Under the pieces are notes generated by a model. That model was not told where the DNA came from and made no database searches. It saw only the letters and a program-made list of their open reading frames with translations. The translations under genes were made by a program, and so were the position numbers. Shown one piece after another: positions 1 to 12,145 of a stretch of 64,000 nt of DNA (position 1 is the first letter of the stretch; the number at the start of each line of letters is the position of its first letter). The stretch is from Candidatus Latescibacterota bacterium (GTDB taxonomy: Bacteria > Latescibacterota > UBA2968), in contig OZ240241.1 of NCBI GenBank assembly GCA_965198115.1, positions 1,056,001-1,120,000 of the forward strand, read 5' to 3'.

Positions 1-2
1 TC

Positions 3-461
3 TACGTCGGAATTACACGGGCGAAGGATCGGCTCTTCTTGAGCCACGCTCGCCAGCGCAGACGATACGGAGGCATCCAGGCCGGGATGCCATCCCGGTT
101 TCTGAGCGAGATTCCAGAAAGCCTGATCGAGGAGGGTTTGAGACTCCGAGAAGTGCCCGTCGATGAACCGGACGGTGAACGTTCTGGTGAACGGGCGCGA
201 CGACCGGCCGTCGAGAGGGCCGTAGGTACGGTCGACCCGGCACCGCGTACAGGGTCGCCCGACGCTATCGAGCTCGCTGCGGAGGCGGGAGAGGGTCGCG
301 ATCTGTCGACCGAGGTGGGTGATTGGGTGATCCACCCCTACTGGGGCCGAGGCGTGATCGAAGCGCGGTCAGGGAGCGACGAGGATACGAAACTGAGCGT
401 TCGATTCCAGGGGGTCACGAAGAAAATCGTCGTGCGCTACGCACGATTGTTGCCCGGTTGA
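3..461 (+). CDS. pcrA: UvrD/PcrA-family DNA helicase, C-terminal part (truncated by window start)
   Basis: Frame 3 reads YVGITRAKDRLFLSHA...PSRFLSEIP (SF1 motif VI and following), then a Tudor-like tail VGDWVIHPYWGRGVI...KKIVVRYARL. Confidence 0.85.
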   Translation, partial: YVGITRAKDRLFLSHARQRRRYGGIQAGMPSRFLSEIPESLIEEGLRLREVPVDEPDGERSGERARRPAVERAVGTVDPAPRTGSPDAIELAAEAGEGRDLSTEVGDWVIHPYWGRGVIEARSGSDEDTKLSVRFQGVTKKIVVRYARLLPG

Positions 462-542
462 GCCGATAGCTCTTGATTTGGTTAGGCCCTTTTCTGATAT
501 TGACAAAGTTGTGACAGACCCAACCCTCTATCGGGGCGGTGT

Positions 543-2693
<2,151 letters not shown>

Positions 2694-2694
<1 letters not shown>

Positions 2695-3245
2695 TGCGTT
2701 TCGGCCGAGCTGCAACAGTCCGTCTTCTCGTGCTGGGGCTCGGAGTCGGCTGTGCTCAGGTCGACGAGGAACCACGAACCCAACCCGAAGCCGCTGACGA
2801 CACACCCGACCAGATTGCCCACGACGTCTCCCAGGTAGTTACACGCGACGGACGCAAACGGGCGGAGATTGTGGCTTCCCGTCTTCTCAAATACGAGGGG
2901 CAGCGACGGTCGGATCTGGAGGGAGGTGTCACGGTTCGGTTCTACTCGGGGAACGGGCGTTTGGTTTCGACCCTCGAAAGCCGGCGCGCGGTGATCGATG
3001 AGGGGGAGCGCGTGTTCACCGCAGTGGACAGTGTCGTTCTCGTCAGTCAGGACGGGACGGTACTGCATACCGACACCCTGCGCTGGGAAGAAGGAACCGA
3101 GAAGGTTTTCGGGCCGGGCCGTGTCACGATCGACCGGAAAGAAGGTCGGGAGGAGGGTGTCGGATTCGTTGCCGAATCGGATCTCTCGACCTGGACCCTC
3201 ACGGAAGTCGTGACGACGCTCGTTCCTGCGGACTCTGCGAGATAG
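2694..3245 (+). CDS. lptC: LPS export periplasmic protein LptC
   Basis: Lipoprotein-like N-terminus, V-x-FY...STLES...LHTDTLRW...G-GF-A--DL pattern; lies upstream of lptA/lptB. Confidence 0.8.
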
Positions 3246-3250
3246 AGGCC

Positions 3251-4525
3251 ATGCGTGCAAATATCCGATGCGAGACCGCCCTGATTTTCGTGGCGGTCTT
3301 TTTTTTGTTGGCGACGGCGCAGACCGCAGACGCCGACCGGCTCATTTCCGCCAAGAACAGTCGCACCACCCAAACGGCGATCGGCATCGAACGCATCTAC
3401 ACCGACAGCGTCCGCGCGGCGTTCGGAGCCATACGGGTCAGCGCGGATTCCGCCGTCGTTCGAACAGACGGAGATGACTACCTCTTTTTGTGGGGCGTTC
3501 GGCTTCGAGATGAGGAGCGTAGGATCCGTGCGGACGCCCTGACGTATGCGGCGGACGATTCGACCGCTCACTTCCGCGGCAACGTCCGGATCGAGGATGC
3601 TGGTCGGTCGGTGTTCGCCGAGCGGATCGATTACGACCTGGCGCGTCAGGTGTTGACCGCCACCTCAGGGGTCCGGCTTCTGCTTCGCGACCTTCGCTTG
3701 ACAGCGGAACGATGGTTTCACGACGCGAAGGTCGACACGGGTAGGCTCGAGCGGACAGTGGAGGTGCGACACGGATCGGGGCCCGATCCGATCTACCTGC
3801 GGGCGAATCGAGCGCGTCTGTCCACGCGGGCAGACACCGTCGACTTCGCCGGGGCCTGTCTGCTCACGGTGGGTGCCTATTCTGCTACGGGTGATAGTCT
3901 GACCTACGCGGCCGACAGGGGTTCGGCACGGCTGGCTGGATCGGCCCGCGTTGAATGGTCCACCGAAGGAAACGCGACGGACACGCACGTAGAGGGGCGG
4001 GAGATTCTGATCTCGCTGGATGGCGGGCGTCCGACGGGATTGACCGTCGACGGCCGGGCATCGATCCACTCGTCGAGAACGGCATCGGATTCGACGCGGC
4101 ACTTTCAGCTTCAGTCGGTTCGCGCAGAGATGGACTTCGCCGATGACCAGATGGCAATGATTCGGGCCGAGGATGATTGCGAGATGATGTTTCTGGGCGG
4201 GTCGGGTGACAGCACGTCGATGCGCGCAAAACGAGCAGACCTCGCGTTCGAGGTGGGGCAACTGACCCGGATCGACCTGACGATCGGAGTCGTGTCCCAT
4301 CACGCAAAAAAGCGGGCTCACCAGGTCGAAGGCGAGTATGTCACTCTCTTGTTTGAGCGGGAGCACATTCGGTCCGTGCAGGCCGATTCGTCCGCGACCT
4401 TTCGAGACCTCGACGGGGCCACCCATATCGTCTCCGATCGTCTCGAGTTGACCTTCGAGAACGGCGACCTAGCCTCGGCCCGGGCGGTGGGTGGTGTTTC
4501 TGGAGAAGTGGAGGAAGCCCCGTGA
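3251..4525 (+). CDS. LptA/OstA-family beta-jellyroll protein (multi-repeat)
   Basis: Signal peptide; repeated 'IRADALTY...AHFRGNVRI' OstA-like strands; lies between lptC and lptB. Confidence 0.7.
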   Translation: MRANIRCETALIFVAVFFLLATAQTADADRLISAKNSRTTQTAIGIERIYTDSVRAAFGAIRVSADSAVVRTDGDDYLFLWGVRLRDEERRIRADALTYAADDSTAHFRGNVRIEDAGRSVFAERIDYDLARQVLTATSGVRLLLRDLRLTAERWFHDAKVDTGRLERTVEVRHGSGPDPIYLRANRARLSTRADTVDFAGACLLTVGAYSATGDSLTYAADRGSARLAGSARVEWSTEGNATDTHVEGREILISLDGGRPTGLTVDGRASIHSSRTASDSTRHFQLQSVRAEMDFADDQMAMIRAEDDCEMMFLGGSGDSTSMRAKRADLAFEVGQLTRIDLTIGVVSHHAKKRAHQVEGEYVTLLFEREHIRSVQADSSATFRDLDGATHIVSDRLELTFENGDLASARAVGGVSGEVEEAP

Positions 4526-5244
4526 CGATCCAGGCGCTCCAGCTAGTCAAGGACTACGACCGTCGACGCGTCGTCGATCACCTCGATTTGGAGGTGTCGG
4601 CCGGTGAGATCGTCGGTTTACTGGGCCCGAACGGAGCGGGAAAGACGACGACCTTCCACATGATCGTAGGCCTGATCGCCCCCCGATCAGGCCGCATCCT
4701 GCTCGGAGACGAGGATATCACCCAGATGCCGATGTATCGGCGAGCGCGCGCCGGGATCGGGTATCTCTCCCAGGAGCCTTCTGTTTTCCGAAAACTGACC
4801 GTGCGCCAGAATCTGCTCGCTGTGCTCGAAACGCTGTCCCTGGACGACGAAGAACGGCTAGCACGGTCCGACCGTCTGCTCGAGGAGTTGGGACTCCTGC
4901 ACCTCGGTGGGGCCCAAGCCGATCAGCTTTCCGGGGGCGAGGGGCGACGGCTCGAGATCTGTCGTGCGCTGGCTCGTGACCCGCGCTTCCTGCTGCTTGA
5001 CGAGCCATTTTCGGGGATCGATCCCAAAGCCGTCGAAGACATCCAGACGATCGTATCGGACCTGAAGGTGAGAGACATCGGCGTTCTGATCACGGATCAC
5101 AACGTCCGGGAAACGCTGGCCATTACCGATCGGAGCTACATCCTGTCGGAAGGAAGGATTCTGGCGTCGGGGACCGCTGTGGACCTGGCATCGGATCCCG
5201 AGGTTCGACGGGTCTACCTGGGTGAGCGATTTCGGCTCGATTGA
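4522..5244 (+). CDS. lptB: LPS export ABC ATPase
   Basis: [45 protein letters not shown]. Confidence 0.95.
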   Translation: MTIQALQLVKDYDRRRVVDHLDLEVSAGEIVGLLGPNGAGKTTTFHMIVGLIAPRSGRILLGDEDITQMPMYRRARAGIGYLSQEPSVFRKLTVRQNLLAVLETLSLDDEERLARSDRLLEELGLLHLGGAQADQLSGGEGRRLEICRALARDPRFLLLDEPFSGIDPKAVEDIQTIVSDLKVRDIGVLITDHNVRETLAITDRSYILSEGRILASGTAVDLASDPEVRRVYLGERFRLD

Positions 5245-5314
5245 CGTCTGATTTTCGCCCTCACGTGTACAAAAGCGGTTGTGAATCCACCAACTTTGTT
5301 TATTCTATACTCGT

Positions 5315-5329
5315 TGGAACGATTTTTGT
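5315..5329 (+). promoter_or_regulatory. sigma54-like -24/-12 site upstream of rpoN, next to a TATACT -10 hexamer
   Basis: TGGAAC-GATTT-TTGT versus consensus TGGCAC-N5-TTGC; TATACT at 5306-5311. Confidence 0.4.
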
Positions 5330-5463
5330 TGGGAACCCTTGGTCGATTCGAGCCGGAGGAGTCTGATCCGGGATACAGATCAGAGGACAGATGGGCCCGA
5401 ATATGCTGCACGGTGGAAACGATGATCCGTCCGGCTACGAGTAGAAAACCATAGAAACGAACG

Positions 5464-6960
5464 ATGATTCGTCTGACCCAGACAGCCTCTCTGCATCAAA
5501 AAATGGCTCCGCAGCTGATCCAGTCCCTGCGGCTGCTGCAGATGCCAACGCTGGAATTGGAGCAACTCATCCAGCAGGAGCTCGAAATCAACCCGCTCCT
5601 CGAACTGAACGAAGAGCAGGACGAGGATCAGGAGGAGTCGGAGGCGGAGCCTGAGGAAGAGACCGAAACCGAATCTACGGAGACAGAAGCGAGCGCCGAA
5701 GAGGAACAGCCTGAGGAAAACCCTGAGGACGAGAAGCTCGAAGAACTGGAGTTCGACGATTCCGACATGGCGGACGACAAGTTCGACGAGGAGGACTGGA
5801 ACGAGTATCTGAACGACTCGGGCTACGTGAGCACGCGCGAGGAGTTCGACCCCAATGTCGAGGAGTGGGACAATCAGGGGGCTTCCCAGATCAGCCTCGA
5901 AGCCTCACTCAGGGAACAGTTCCTGCTAACGGAACTCACGGCCGACGAACGTCAGATCGGTGAATACATCATCGGGAACATCGACGAAGATGGATTCCTG
6001 CACACACCGGTCGAGGATATCGCCGATGTGCTCGACGTCGAGGTCGAGCTGGTCGAGAAGGTCTTGTCCGTGATTCATACGTTCGAGCCGTCGGGGGTGG
6101 GCGCCAGAGATCTCAGAGAGTGCCTCCTCATCCAACTCGAGGAGCAGGGCTACGAGGGCGACCTGTCGATGATCATCGTTCAAGATCATCTTGACGACTG
6201 GATCAATCGTCGCTACAGTCGGGTCTGCCGGGCGCTCGGCATCGACAAAGAAGAATTGACGGAGGTCCAGGAAATCATCGCGGGGCTTGACCCCAAACCG
6301 GGTTTCACACCGGAGCCACGGGTCAACTTTAACCTTGTCGTACCCGACCTCGAAGTGACCAAAGTCGGCGAGGAGTACGTCGTCACCCTCACAGACCGGA
6401 ACGCACCCACCCTTCGTGTGAGTCCGATCTACAGGGAGCTCCTGAGCGGATCGGAGAAGTCGGGCAAAGAGGCGAAGAAGTTCGTCGTCGATCGGCTGAA
6501 TTCGGCACGATGGTTCATCCAGGCCATCAACCAGCGGCGCACGACCATGGTTCGAGTCATGCGCTGTATCGTTCAGAATCAACGTGAATTCTTCGACCAC
6601 GGTGTGGGCCATCTCCGACCGATGGTTTTGCAAGAAGTGGCCGATAAGGTGGGGATGCACGTCTCTACGATCAGCCGCGTCAGCAACGGGAAGTATGTTC
6701 AGACGCCGCACGGCGTCTTCGAGCTGAAGTATTTCTTCGACGGAGGGCTGAGCACCGAGGAAGGCGAGGACATCTCTGCCAAGACGGTCAAGGACAAGAT
6801 CAGCACCCTCATTCAGGACGAAGACGCACGAAGTCCTCTAAGTGACCAGAAAATTGCCGATATCTTGAAGAAAGAAGGAATCGATATCGCACGACGCACG
6901 GTCGCCAAGTATCGTGCTCAACTGAACATCAACCCTGCACGCTACCGGAAAACGATTTAG
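5464..6960 (+). CDS. rpoN: RNA polymerase sigma-54 factor
   Basis: PQLIQSLRLLQMP region I, HVSTISR HTH, RpoN box ARRTVAKYR. Confidence 0.97.
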   Translation: MIRLTQTASLHQKMAPQLIQSLRLLQMPTLELEQLIQQELEINPLLELNEEQDEDQEESEAEPEEETETESTETEASAEEEQPEENPEDEKLEELEFDDSDMADDKFDEEDWNEYLNDSGYVSTREEFDPNVEEWDNQGASQISLEASLREQFLLTELTADERQIGEYIIGNIDEDGFLHTPVEDIADVLDVEVELVEKVLSVIHTFEPSGVGARDLRECLLIQLEEQGYEGDLSMIIVQDHLDDWINRRYSRVCRALGIDKEELTEVQEIIAGLDPKPGFTPEPRVNFNLVVPDLEVTKVGEEYVVTLTDRNAPTLRVSPIYRELLSGSEKSGKEAKKFVVDRLNSARWFIQAINQRRTTMVRVMRCIVQNQREFFDHGVGHLRPMVLQEVADKVGMHVSTISRVSNGKYVQTPHGVFELKYFFDGGLSTEEGEDISAKTVKDKISTLIQDEDARSPLSDQKIADILKKEGIDIARRTVAKYRAQLNINPARYRKTI

Positions 6961-6981
6961 ACGGATCAAAGGCGGACATCT

Positions 6982-7305
6982 ATGGACTTCATATTCATCG
7001 GGCTTTCGTTGGGTTGCGCTGGCTTCCTTGCCAAGATCGTCCTGGACTACCTCAATGAGGTGCCCGTGTGGAAAGATAAAATCCACACAGCCGACATGGA
7101 GATCGAGCACTTCACGTCTCAACTCCAGGCGCTGACTCAGGAAAAGGAGAGCACGGCCGCGCAATCCAAAACGATCGACGATGACATCAAGAAAATGGAA
7201 TCAATGGCAACCGAACTGAAGGTGGAAATCGAAAAGACGAAAAAGGAAATGGCGCGGAAGGGTAAAATCATCATGCGCCGCCAGCCCGACGAAGAGCAAC
7301 GGTAG
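6982..7305 (+). CDS. Hypothetical membrane-anchored coiled-coil protein
   Basis: N-terminal hydrophobic helix, heptad-rich charged body, GGCGG RBS. Confidence 0.65.
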   Translation: MDFIFIGLSLGCAGFLAKIVLDYLNEVPVWKDKIHTADMEIEHFTSQLQALTQEKESTAAQSKTIDDDIKKMESMATELKVEIEKTKKEMARKGKIIMRRQPDEEQR

Positions 7306-7327
7306 TTCCCCGCTCGACCTTCTTCTG

Positions 7328-8158
7328 GTGTCCCGGTCTCTCGTCCTTGGTTTGATCCTGCTGTGCAGCTGTGGCGATGCCCGCTATCGCCTCGATGGAA
7401 GAATCCCTCCCACATCTGGCCGCGTCGCCCTACTCGACAGCGCTGCGACAGGCAAAGTCGAGCGACTCCACCTTCTTTTTTCCTCCGCGCAGGACTCTAC
7501 TGAGCGAATCGCCGAACGGGAAATCGCCGACATCCTTAGCCGTCTGAGCGAATCCGAAGACGATCTCCGCTCTTCCCGACGCAGGCTGAACGATGCGTCG
7601 ACACGCTATCGCAAGACCTTCGAACGAATCAAGGGTTTCGAATCCTTCGGCGGCAATCGGATCTTCACCGATGCGGACCAGCGGGTTTCTACGAAGAACC
7701 TGCTATCGGAGATCGCAGACCGATTCTACAAGGGGAAGGCTTTTTCGCTCGAAACCGGCGGAGAGATACGCACCTTTATCAGGGAGTCGTTGGTTCCGGC
7801 TGAACGAAGGGTGACGCGGGCGCGACGTGCCCTTAAGCGCGTCGAGGCGGGTAGGCAGGACGACGAGGCTACGATCGTGAAGCGACGTGAGACACTGAAG
7901 GATGAGCGAGCCGGGTTGGTCGTCATCTACAACCAGCGAATCCTCGATACGCTGACGGGCGCTGTGCTCGCGGTCGCTCCTGCCGACTCGAGCGGTTACT
8001 ACCGGTTCGACACCCTGTCACCGGCCCGATACCATCTCTACCTCGAATCACCCGGCCACGTTCTGACGACGATTGACCTCCGCACGCACAGTCGTCGTGA
8101 TCTGTCTGCCGGACCAGAGCACTCGCCCTTGCTCGGGGGAGCGAATCAGGCGCTCTGA
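7328..8158 (+). CDS. Hypothetical lipoprotein (coiled coil plus small beta-sandwich)
   Basis: Lipobox-like LLCSC; C-terminal ADSSGYYRFDTLSPARYHL resembles carboxypeptidase-regulatory-like domains. Confidence 0.55.
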   Translation: MSRSLVLGLILLCSCGDARYRLDGRIPPTSGRVALLDSAATGKVERLHLLFSSAQDSTERIAEREIADILSRLSESEDDLRSSRRRLNDASTRYRKTFERIKGFESFGGNRIFTDADQRVSTKNLLSEIADRFYKGKAFSLETGGEIRTFIRESLVPAERRVTRARRALKRVEAGRQDDEATIVKRRETLKDERAGLVVIYNQRILDTLTGAVLAVAPADSSGYYRFDTLSPARYHLYLESPGHVLTTIDLRTHSRRDLSAGPEHSPLLGGANQAL

Positions 8159-8928
8159 ACGGTGCTGATCTCGTCCTCGGAAATCTTGTGGACGCTCTTG
8201 GGATTGAACGTTTGCTGCGTATCCACACGAATGGCCACTTCGATACGCCCTCCGGTCAGGACAAAGAACTGGATGAGAAACCCGCCGCCCTGCATGGTCT
8301 CGACCAGGTAGTCGTCCTCGTCCAACCCCGCCATCCAACCTTTCAGCTTCACGTCGAACTCGGGATCGTCCACGACCTCGGGCGGTAAAGCGGCGATCAG
8401 CGTACCTGGCTGTTCACCGATGGCGGCGCCGATCCGGTTCCGCGCGTCGATCGCGAAAGGGATCAGACGAGTGGCATAGTCGACGTTGTCGTCCCCGTTG
8501 CGTTCGGGGGGAACGACGCCCCAGGTCAGGTGGTGGATGAACGGATTGCCGTAACCCTGGCTGAGCATCTGTTCGCGTGCCGGCTCGTCGACGGGGTGGA
8601 CCACGGCCACGTATCGGAACCACCCCTTGTCTGCCGCGGGATGACCGTCGGGCAAGCCCGATGGCACGTTGATGTAGTCCTGACCGTCGACAGGTGAGGG
8701 ATAGCAGCGCGAATCCCAGCCGGCCACGTAACCGACGGATTTGAGCGGTCCCGCGAGCAGATGGGGAGGATCGACGAAGATCGCGGCGTGATCCATGTTC
8801 GGAAACAGGGCGATCCCTCCCTTCGACACGCAGTCTGCAACGTGGACGGCCTCTTTGAACCGTTCCTCGGCATTCTGGATCTGCAAATAGTCGGAAAAAT
8901 CCGCGGGCAAACGGGGCTGTTCAGACAT
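8146..8928 (-). CDS. Hypothetical protein, probable VOC/HPPD-like metalloenzyme
   Basis: GGAGG RBS; MDHAAI, FIHHLTW, FLIQFF, RIEVAIR motifs. Confidence 0.6.
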   Translation of the reverse strand: MSEQPRLPADFSDYLQIQNAEERFKEAVHVADCVSKGGIALFPNMDHAAIFVDPPHLLAGPLKSVGYVAGWDSRCYPSPVDGQDYINVPSGLPDGHPAADKGWFRYVAVVHPVDEPAREQMLSQGYGNPFIHHLTWGVVPPERNGDDNVDYATRLIPFAIDARNRIGAAIGEQPGTLIAALPPEVVDDPEFDVKLKGWMAGLDEDDYLVETMQGGGFLIQFFVLTGGRIEVAIRVDTQQTFNPKSVHKISEDEISTVQSA

Positions 8929-9141
8929 TTGTAGCCTCCATGCGTGAGTCTATCGACTCTTCATAGAATCAGTCGCGGGTCTACCCTGTCAAGGGGTTCG
9001 TGTCCGAAGACAACCACGACACGGGAGGATTTCCGCCAAGGCCAAACCCCACATCGACCATCCATCTGGGAATCGCAAAGGTAAGTTGTTTTAAAACAAA
9101 ATTTGTGTAATATTCAGGGCCGGTGTCAATCCCAAGTCTTT

Positions 9142-9156
9142 TGGCACGCATTCTGC
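9142..9156 (+). promoter_or_regulatory. sigma54 -24/-12 promoter
   Basis: TGGCAC-GCATT-CTGC, ending 17 nt before ATG 9174; AT-rich palindrome TTGTTTTAAAACAA upstream (9086-9099). Confidence 0.65.
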
Positions 9157-9173
9157 GATATTTAGATACCCGT

Positions 9174-9965
9174 ATGGCCTCTTCGACCCAAAACGGTAAA
9201 TCTGCGAAGCGCGTTCTGGCGCTCGACGACGACGGGACCATCCTCAAGGTCATGGAGAGCGCCCTGACGATGGAGGGCTACGAATCCGTCACGGCCTCAC
9301 AGTGGGTCGAAGCTCTCGACGCTATCGAGGAGCGACAGCCGGATTTACTTCTCCTCGACCTCCAGATGCCCCACGTGGACGGGATCTTTCTGCTCGAGTG
9401 GATGAGAGAGCAGAAAATGGATGTCCCCGTGATCGTCGTGTCGGCCTACCTCGACGACGACTCGGTCGCCCGGTTTAAAGAACTCGGCGTCAAGCGACTG
9501 ATCTGGAAACCCTTCAACGTGGCCAACCTGATCGAGGAAGTCGAAGCCTGCATCGGTCCATCCGGCAGGGAAACTCCGCAGCCGGTCACTGAAGAAGCCG
9601 TTGCGATCGAGCCGCCCCCCCGAGATCCCCGAACCCGACGGCGAGAGCAGACTACTGGGCCGACGCCGAAGGCGTCGCCGATCCGGCCGTTCTCGCCGTT
9701 CCAAGCGTGTCGAACGACGGCGAACCGTCAAGTATCTGACGGTCGTCGCGGTACTCTGTCTGCTCGTTTCGGCCATAACCGTCGTGGCACGTCATATGGC
9801 CAGCAGCCTGACCGAAATCGTCGACACGGGCACCTCGGATCCGCGTGGATCGCGCGACGTGATCCAGGAGTTGATCCGTGCGCAGGTCCGGGCGCAGATC
9901 AAAGAAGACATGAGCAAGCGTGCGGCCCCGCCCAAGCCCGTTGAACTCAAGCTCCAGAAGAAAAA
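9174..9965 (+). CDS. Response regulator receiver + Arg-rich linker + TM helix; frameshift at C7 run (~9615-9621); last codons cut off by ISL3
   Basis: LALDDD, LLDLQMP, WKPF receiver motifs; the second frame continues RRRRRRR...VKYLTVVAVLCLLVSAI as in paralog 11405-12088; original end KKKK-TAG lies at 11386-11400. Confidence 0.7.
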
Positions 9966-11385
9966 GGCTATATCCGGATCTCTCAACGAGATGAAGTGGG
10001 TGAAGGTGCCGTGGTTCCTGGCATGGGGGCGCGGTTAGAGTGTGCGGAACCTCTTCGGAATCTGCTCAGGGATGTTTATGTCTCCGACGGTAAGGAAGAT
10101 CATATCGTTGAATGCGTCGAGTGTGCGGAATCCGCTGGCTCGGTTCTTGACGATTTGGACGATTCGGTTGAGGCCTTCGGCGATGGCGTTGGTAAGACGC
10201 GTGTTCACGAATGCGAGGACGCCGAAGAAGTGCTGTCGCAGGGTCCTGACGAACTTTCGCAGGGGTTCAAGTCGACTTCTGAGTGCGGACGTCGTCCAGC
10301 ATTTCAGGAAGCGTTCGGCAGCCCAGGGCGCTTTGTATTCCCAGAACTGCTCGAACTCGTCCTTGAGTCTCCAGGCTCTATAGATTCGGTAGTTCGCCTT
10401 CTCCAGTGCTTTGAGTGTCCGAGTATCCCCTCTGGAGCGTGTCGCTGAGTGCCGGTAGAGGAGCCATCGGAGGCCCTTCATGGCTTTGCGCTCATCCGGG
10501 GCAGCTTTACGCCACTGGTCCTTACGGACCTCGTCAACGGCGGCATTGAGAGCCTTGACGATGTGAAAGCGATCGAGGACCAGCTTGGCATTCGGACAGT
10601 GTTCCTGGATGGCTCCGATGTAAGCTTCGCTCATGTCGCAGCAGGCCCACTCGATCTTGGATCTCCGGTAGGGACTGAGAGCCTCTGTGAAGAACCGATC
10701 GATCGTTTTACGCGCCCTGCCGCGGCCAACCCACACCACGCAGGAGCGGTCCAGATCGTAAACGAGCGTGGCGTACCTGTGACGCTTGGCGTAGGAGATC
10801 TCGTCGATCCCGATGGTTTTGAGCCCTCGGATACGATGACCTTCACGAAGCCGCGTGATGGATCGGTGAAGGAGATCCGACAGCGTCGAGGCAGAGATGC
10901 GCAGTAACTCGGACGCCGCCTTCTGCGTCATGGTCTGGCAGTAGCGCAGCATGGCATACTCGAAGCGATACGTCACCCGAGAGAACCGCTCCGCCCACGG
11001 AATCTCCTCGACCACACGACCGTGGGTAGGACACCGAATCTCCCGAGGATGGTAGAGAAGCCAGACCCTCCACCCGCACACCGGAATGTCACGCCACCGA
11101 CGCGGATGGGGCATTGTGCGGACGATTTTACCTCGACGGCCGCACTCCGGACAACAACAACCATTCTTATGTGGCTTTACGGCGATGACGAAACAGCTTC
11201 TCCCCTCAAACCACCAGCTGACAACACGGAACCCCTTGAATCTCAGCAGTTTCGATAGTAATCTGCTCCCGGTCATAGGTCGCACCCCCTTCGCTTTGAT
11301 TGTCCTACACACACAACCAAGCGTAGGGAACGATCTATGACCTTGTCATTCTATAGTTTCACCGTTGAGAAACCCGGATAGAGCC
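9966..11385 (-). mobile_element. ISL3-family IS, copy 1 (1420 bp)
   Basis: IRs GGCTATATCCGGATCTCTCAACG / GGCTCTATCCGGGTTTCTCAACG; 8-bp TSD AAGAAAAA (9958-9965, 11386-11393). Confidence 0.95.
10035..11276 (-). CDS. ISL3-family transposase
   Basis: CPECG zinc finger, IGIDEISY, CCDMS, VLDRFHI, TNAIAEGLN. Confidence 0.95.
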   Translation of the reverse strand: MTGSRLLSKLLRFKGFRVVSWWFEGRSCFVIAVKPHKNGCCCPECGRRGKIVRTMPHPRRWRDIPVCGWRVWLLYHPREIRCPTHGRVVEEIPWAERFSRVTYRFEYAMLRYCQTMTQKAASELLRISASTLSDLLHRSITRLREGHRIRGLKTIGIDEISYAKRHRYATLVYDLDRSCVVWVGRGRARKTIDRFFTEALSPYRRSKIEWACCDMSEAYIGAIQEHCPNAKLVLDRFHIVKALNAAVDEVRKDQWRKAAPDERKAMKGLRWLLYRHSATRSRGDTRTLKALEKANYRIYRAWRLKDEFEQFWEYKAPWAAERFLKCWTTSALRSRLEPLRKFVRTLRQHFFGVLAFVNTRLTNAIAEGLNRIVQIVKNRASGFRTLDAFNDMIFLTVGDINIPEQIPKRFRTL

Positions 11386-11404
11386 AAGAAAAAGAAGTAG
11401 CCGC

Positions 11405-12088
11405 ATGACGGAGACGCAGGCAGACCTGCCCTCACAGGTCGCTGGGACGGTTCTCGTCGTCGATGACGATCCCCTCGTTCTTCTTCAGGCCCTTCAGCAT
11501 CTGCTGTCGCGAATGGGGCTCAACGGTGTCTGTGCGAGCCAGTGGGCGACGGCTATGGAGGCGATCGAACGTGAAAACCCGGACCTGATTCTCCTGGACG
11601 TTCGAATGCCCACTGTCGACGGCCCCACCATGCTGTCTTTCCTTCGGGAGCAGGGTGTCGACGCTCCGGTGTTCATCGTTTCGGCCTCTTTAGACGAAAT
11701 CGACCTGAACGACATGCGTGCTCTGGGTGTACTCCAGTTTGTGCCCAAACCGTTCTCGGTCGAGCGTCTCAAAACCCTGATTGAAGAGGAATTGCGGAAC
11801 GCGTGTGTATCCGAGTCCGTCGGCGTCGGGACTTCGAGACGATCCGGATCCAAACCAGGCCACCGCCCGGTCTCATCCAGTCGATCGGTCATGGGCAGAC
11901 GCTGGAAGCCGAAGTGGGGGAGGCGCAAGCAAACGCTTCGTCATCTCCTCGTCGTCGGCATCGCGTGCCTGTCGATGTCGATCGTGTTTCTGTTCGTGCA
12001 TTTCGTGTTTAACTCCGGCGCGATCCTCGCGCTGAGGGAGGCCATCCACCAGAATCTCAGAGCACAGACAGAGATGGTCCAGGAATAA
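11405..12088 (+). CDS. Response regulator receiver + basic linker + C-terminal TM helix
   Basis: VLVVDDD, LLDVRMP, PKPF; RRWKPKWGRRK followed by hydrophobic LLVVGIACLSMSIVFLFVHFVF. Confidence 0.8.
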   Translation: MTETQADLPSQVAGTVLVVDDDPLVLLQALQHLLSRMGLNGVCASQWATAMEAIERENPDLILLDVRMPTVDGPTMLSFLREQGVDAPVFIVSASLDEIDLNDMRALGVLQFVPKPFSVERLKTLIEEELRNACVSESVGVGTSRRSGSKPGHRPVSSSRSVMGRRWKPKWGRRKQTLRHLLVVGIACLSMSIVFLFVHFVFNSGAILALREAIHQNLRAQTEMVQE

Positions 12089-12114
12089 GGCAGACGACGA
12101 GACGATGGCTTTAC

Positions 12115-12145
12115 GCCTCTCCGCTGAGCGGGGAGGCTTTTTTAT
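12115..12145 (+). terminator. Intrinsic terminator; its U-tract is the ISL3 target
   Basis: GCCTCTCCGC-TGA-GCGGGGAGGC-TTTTTTAT. Confidence 0.8.

Noticed and set aside
11304-11318. CA repeat in the ISL3 end as another sRNA target
   Set aside because: Short low-complexity match, and on the wrong strand for the transposase mRNA
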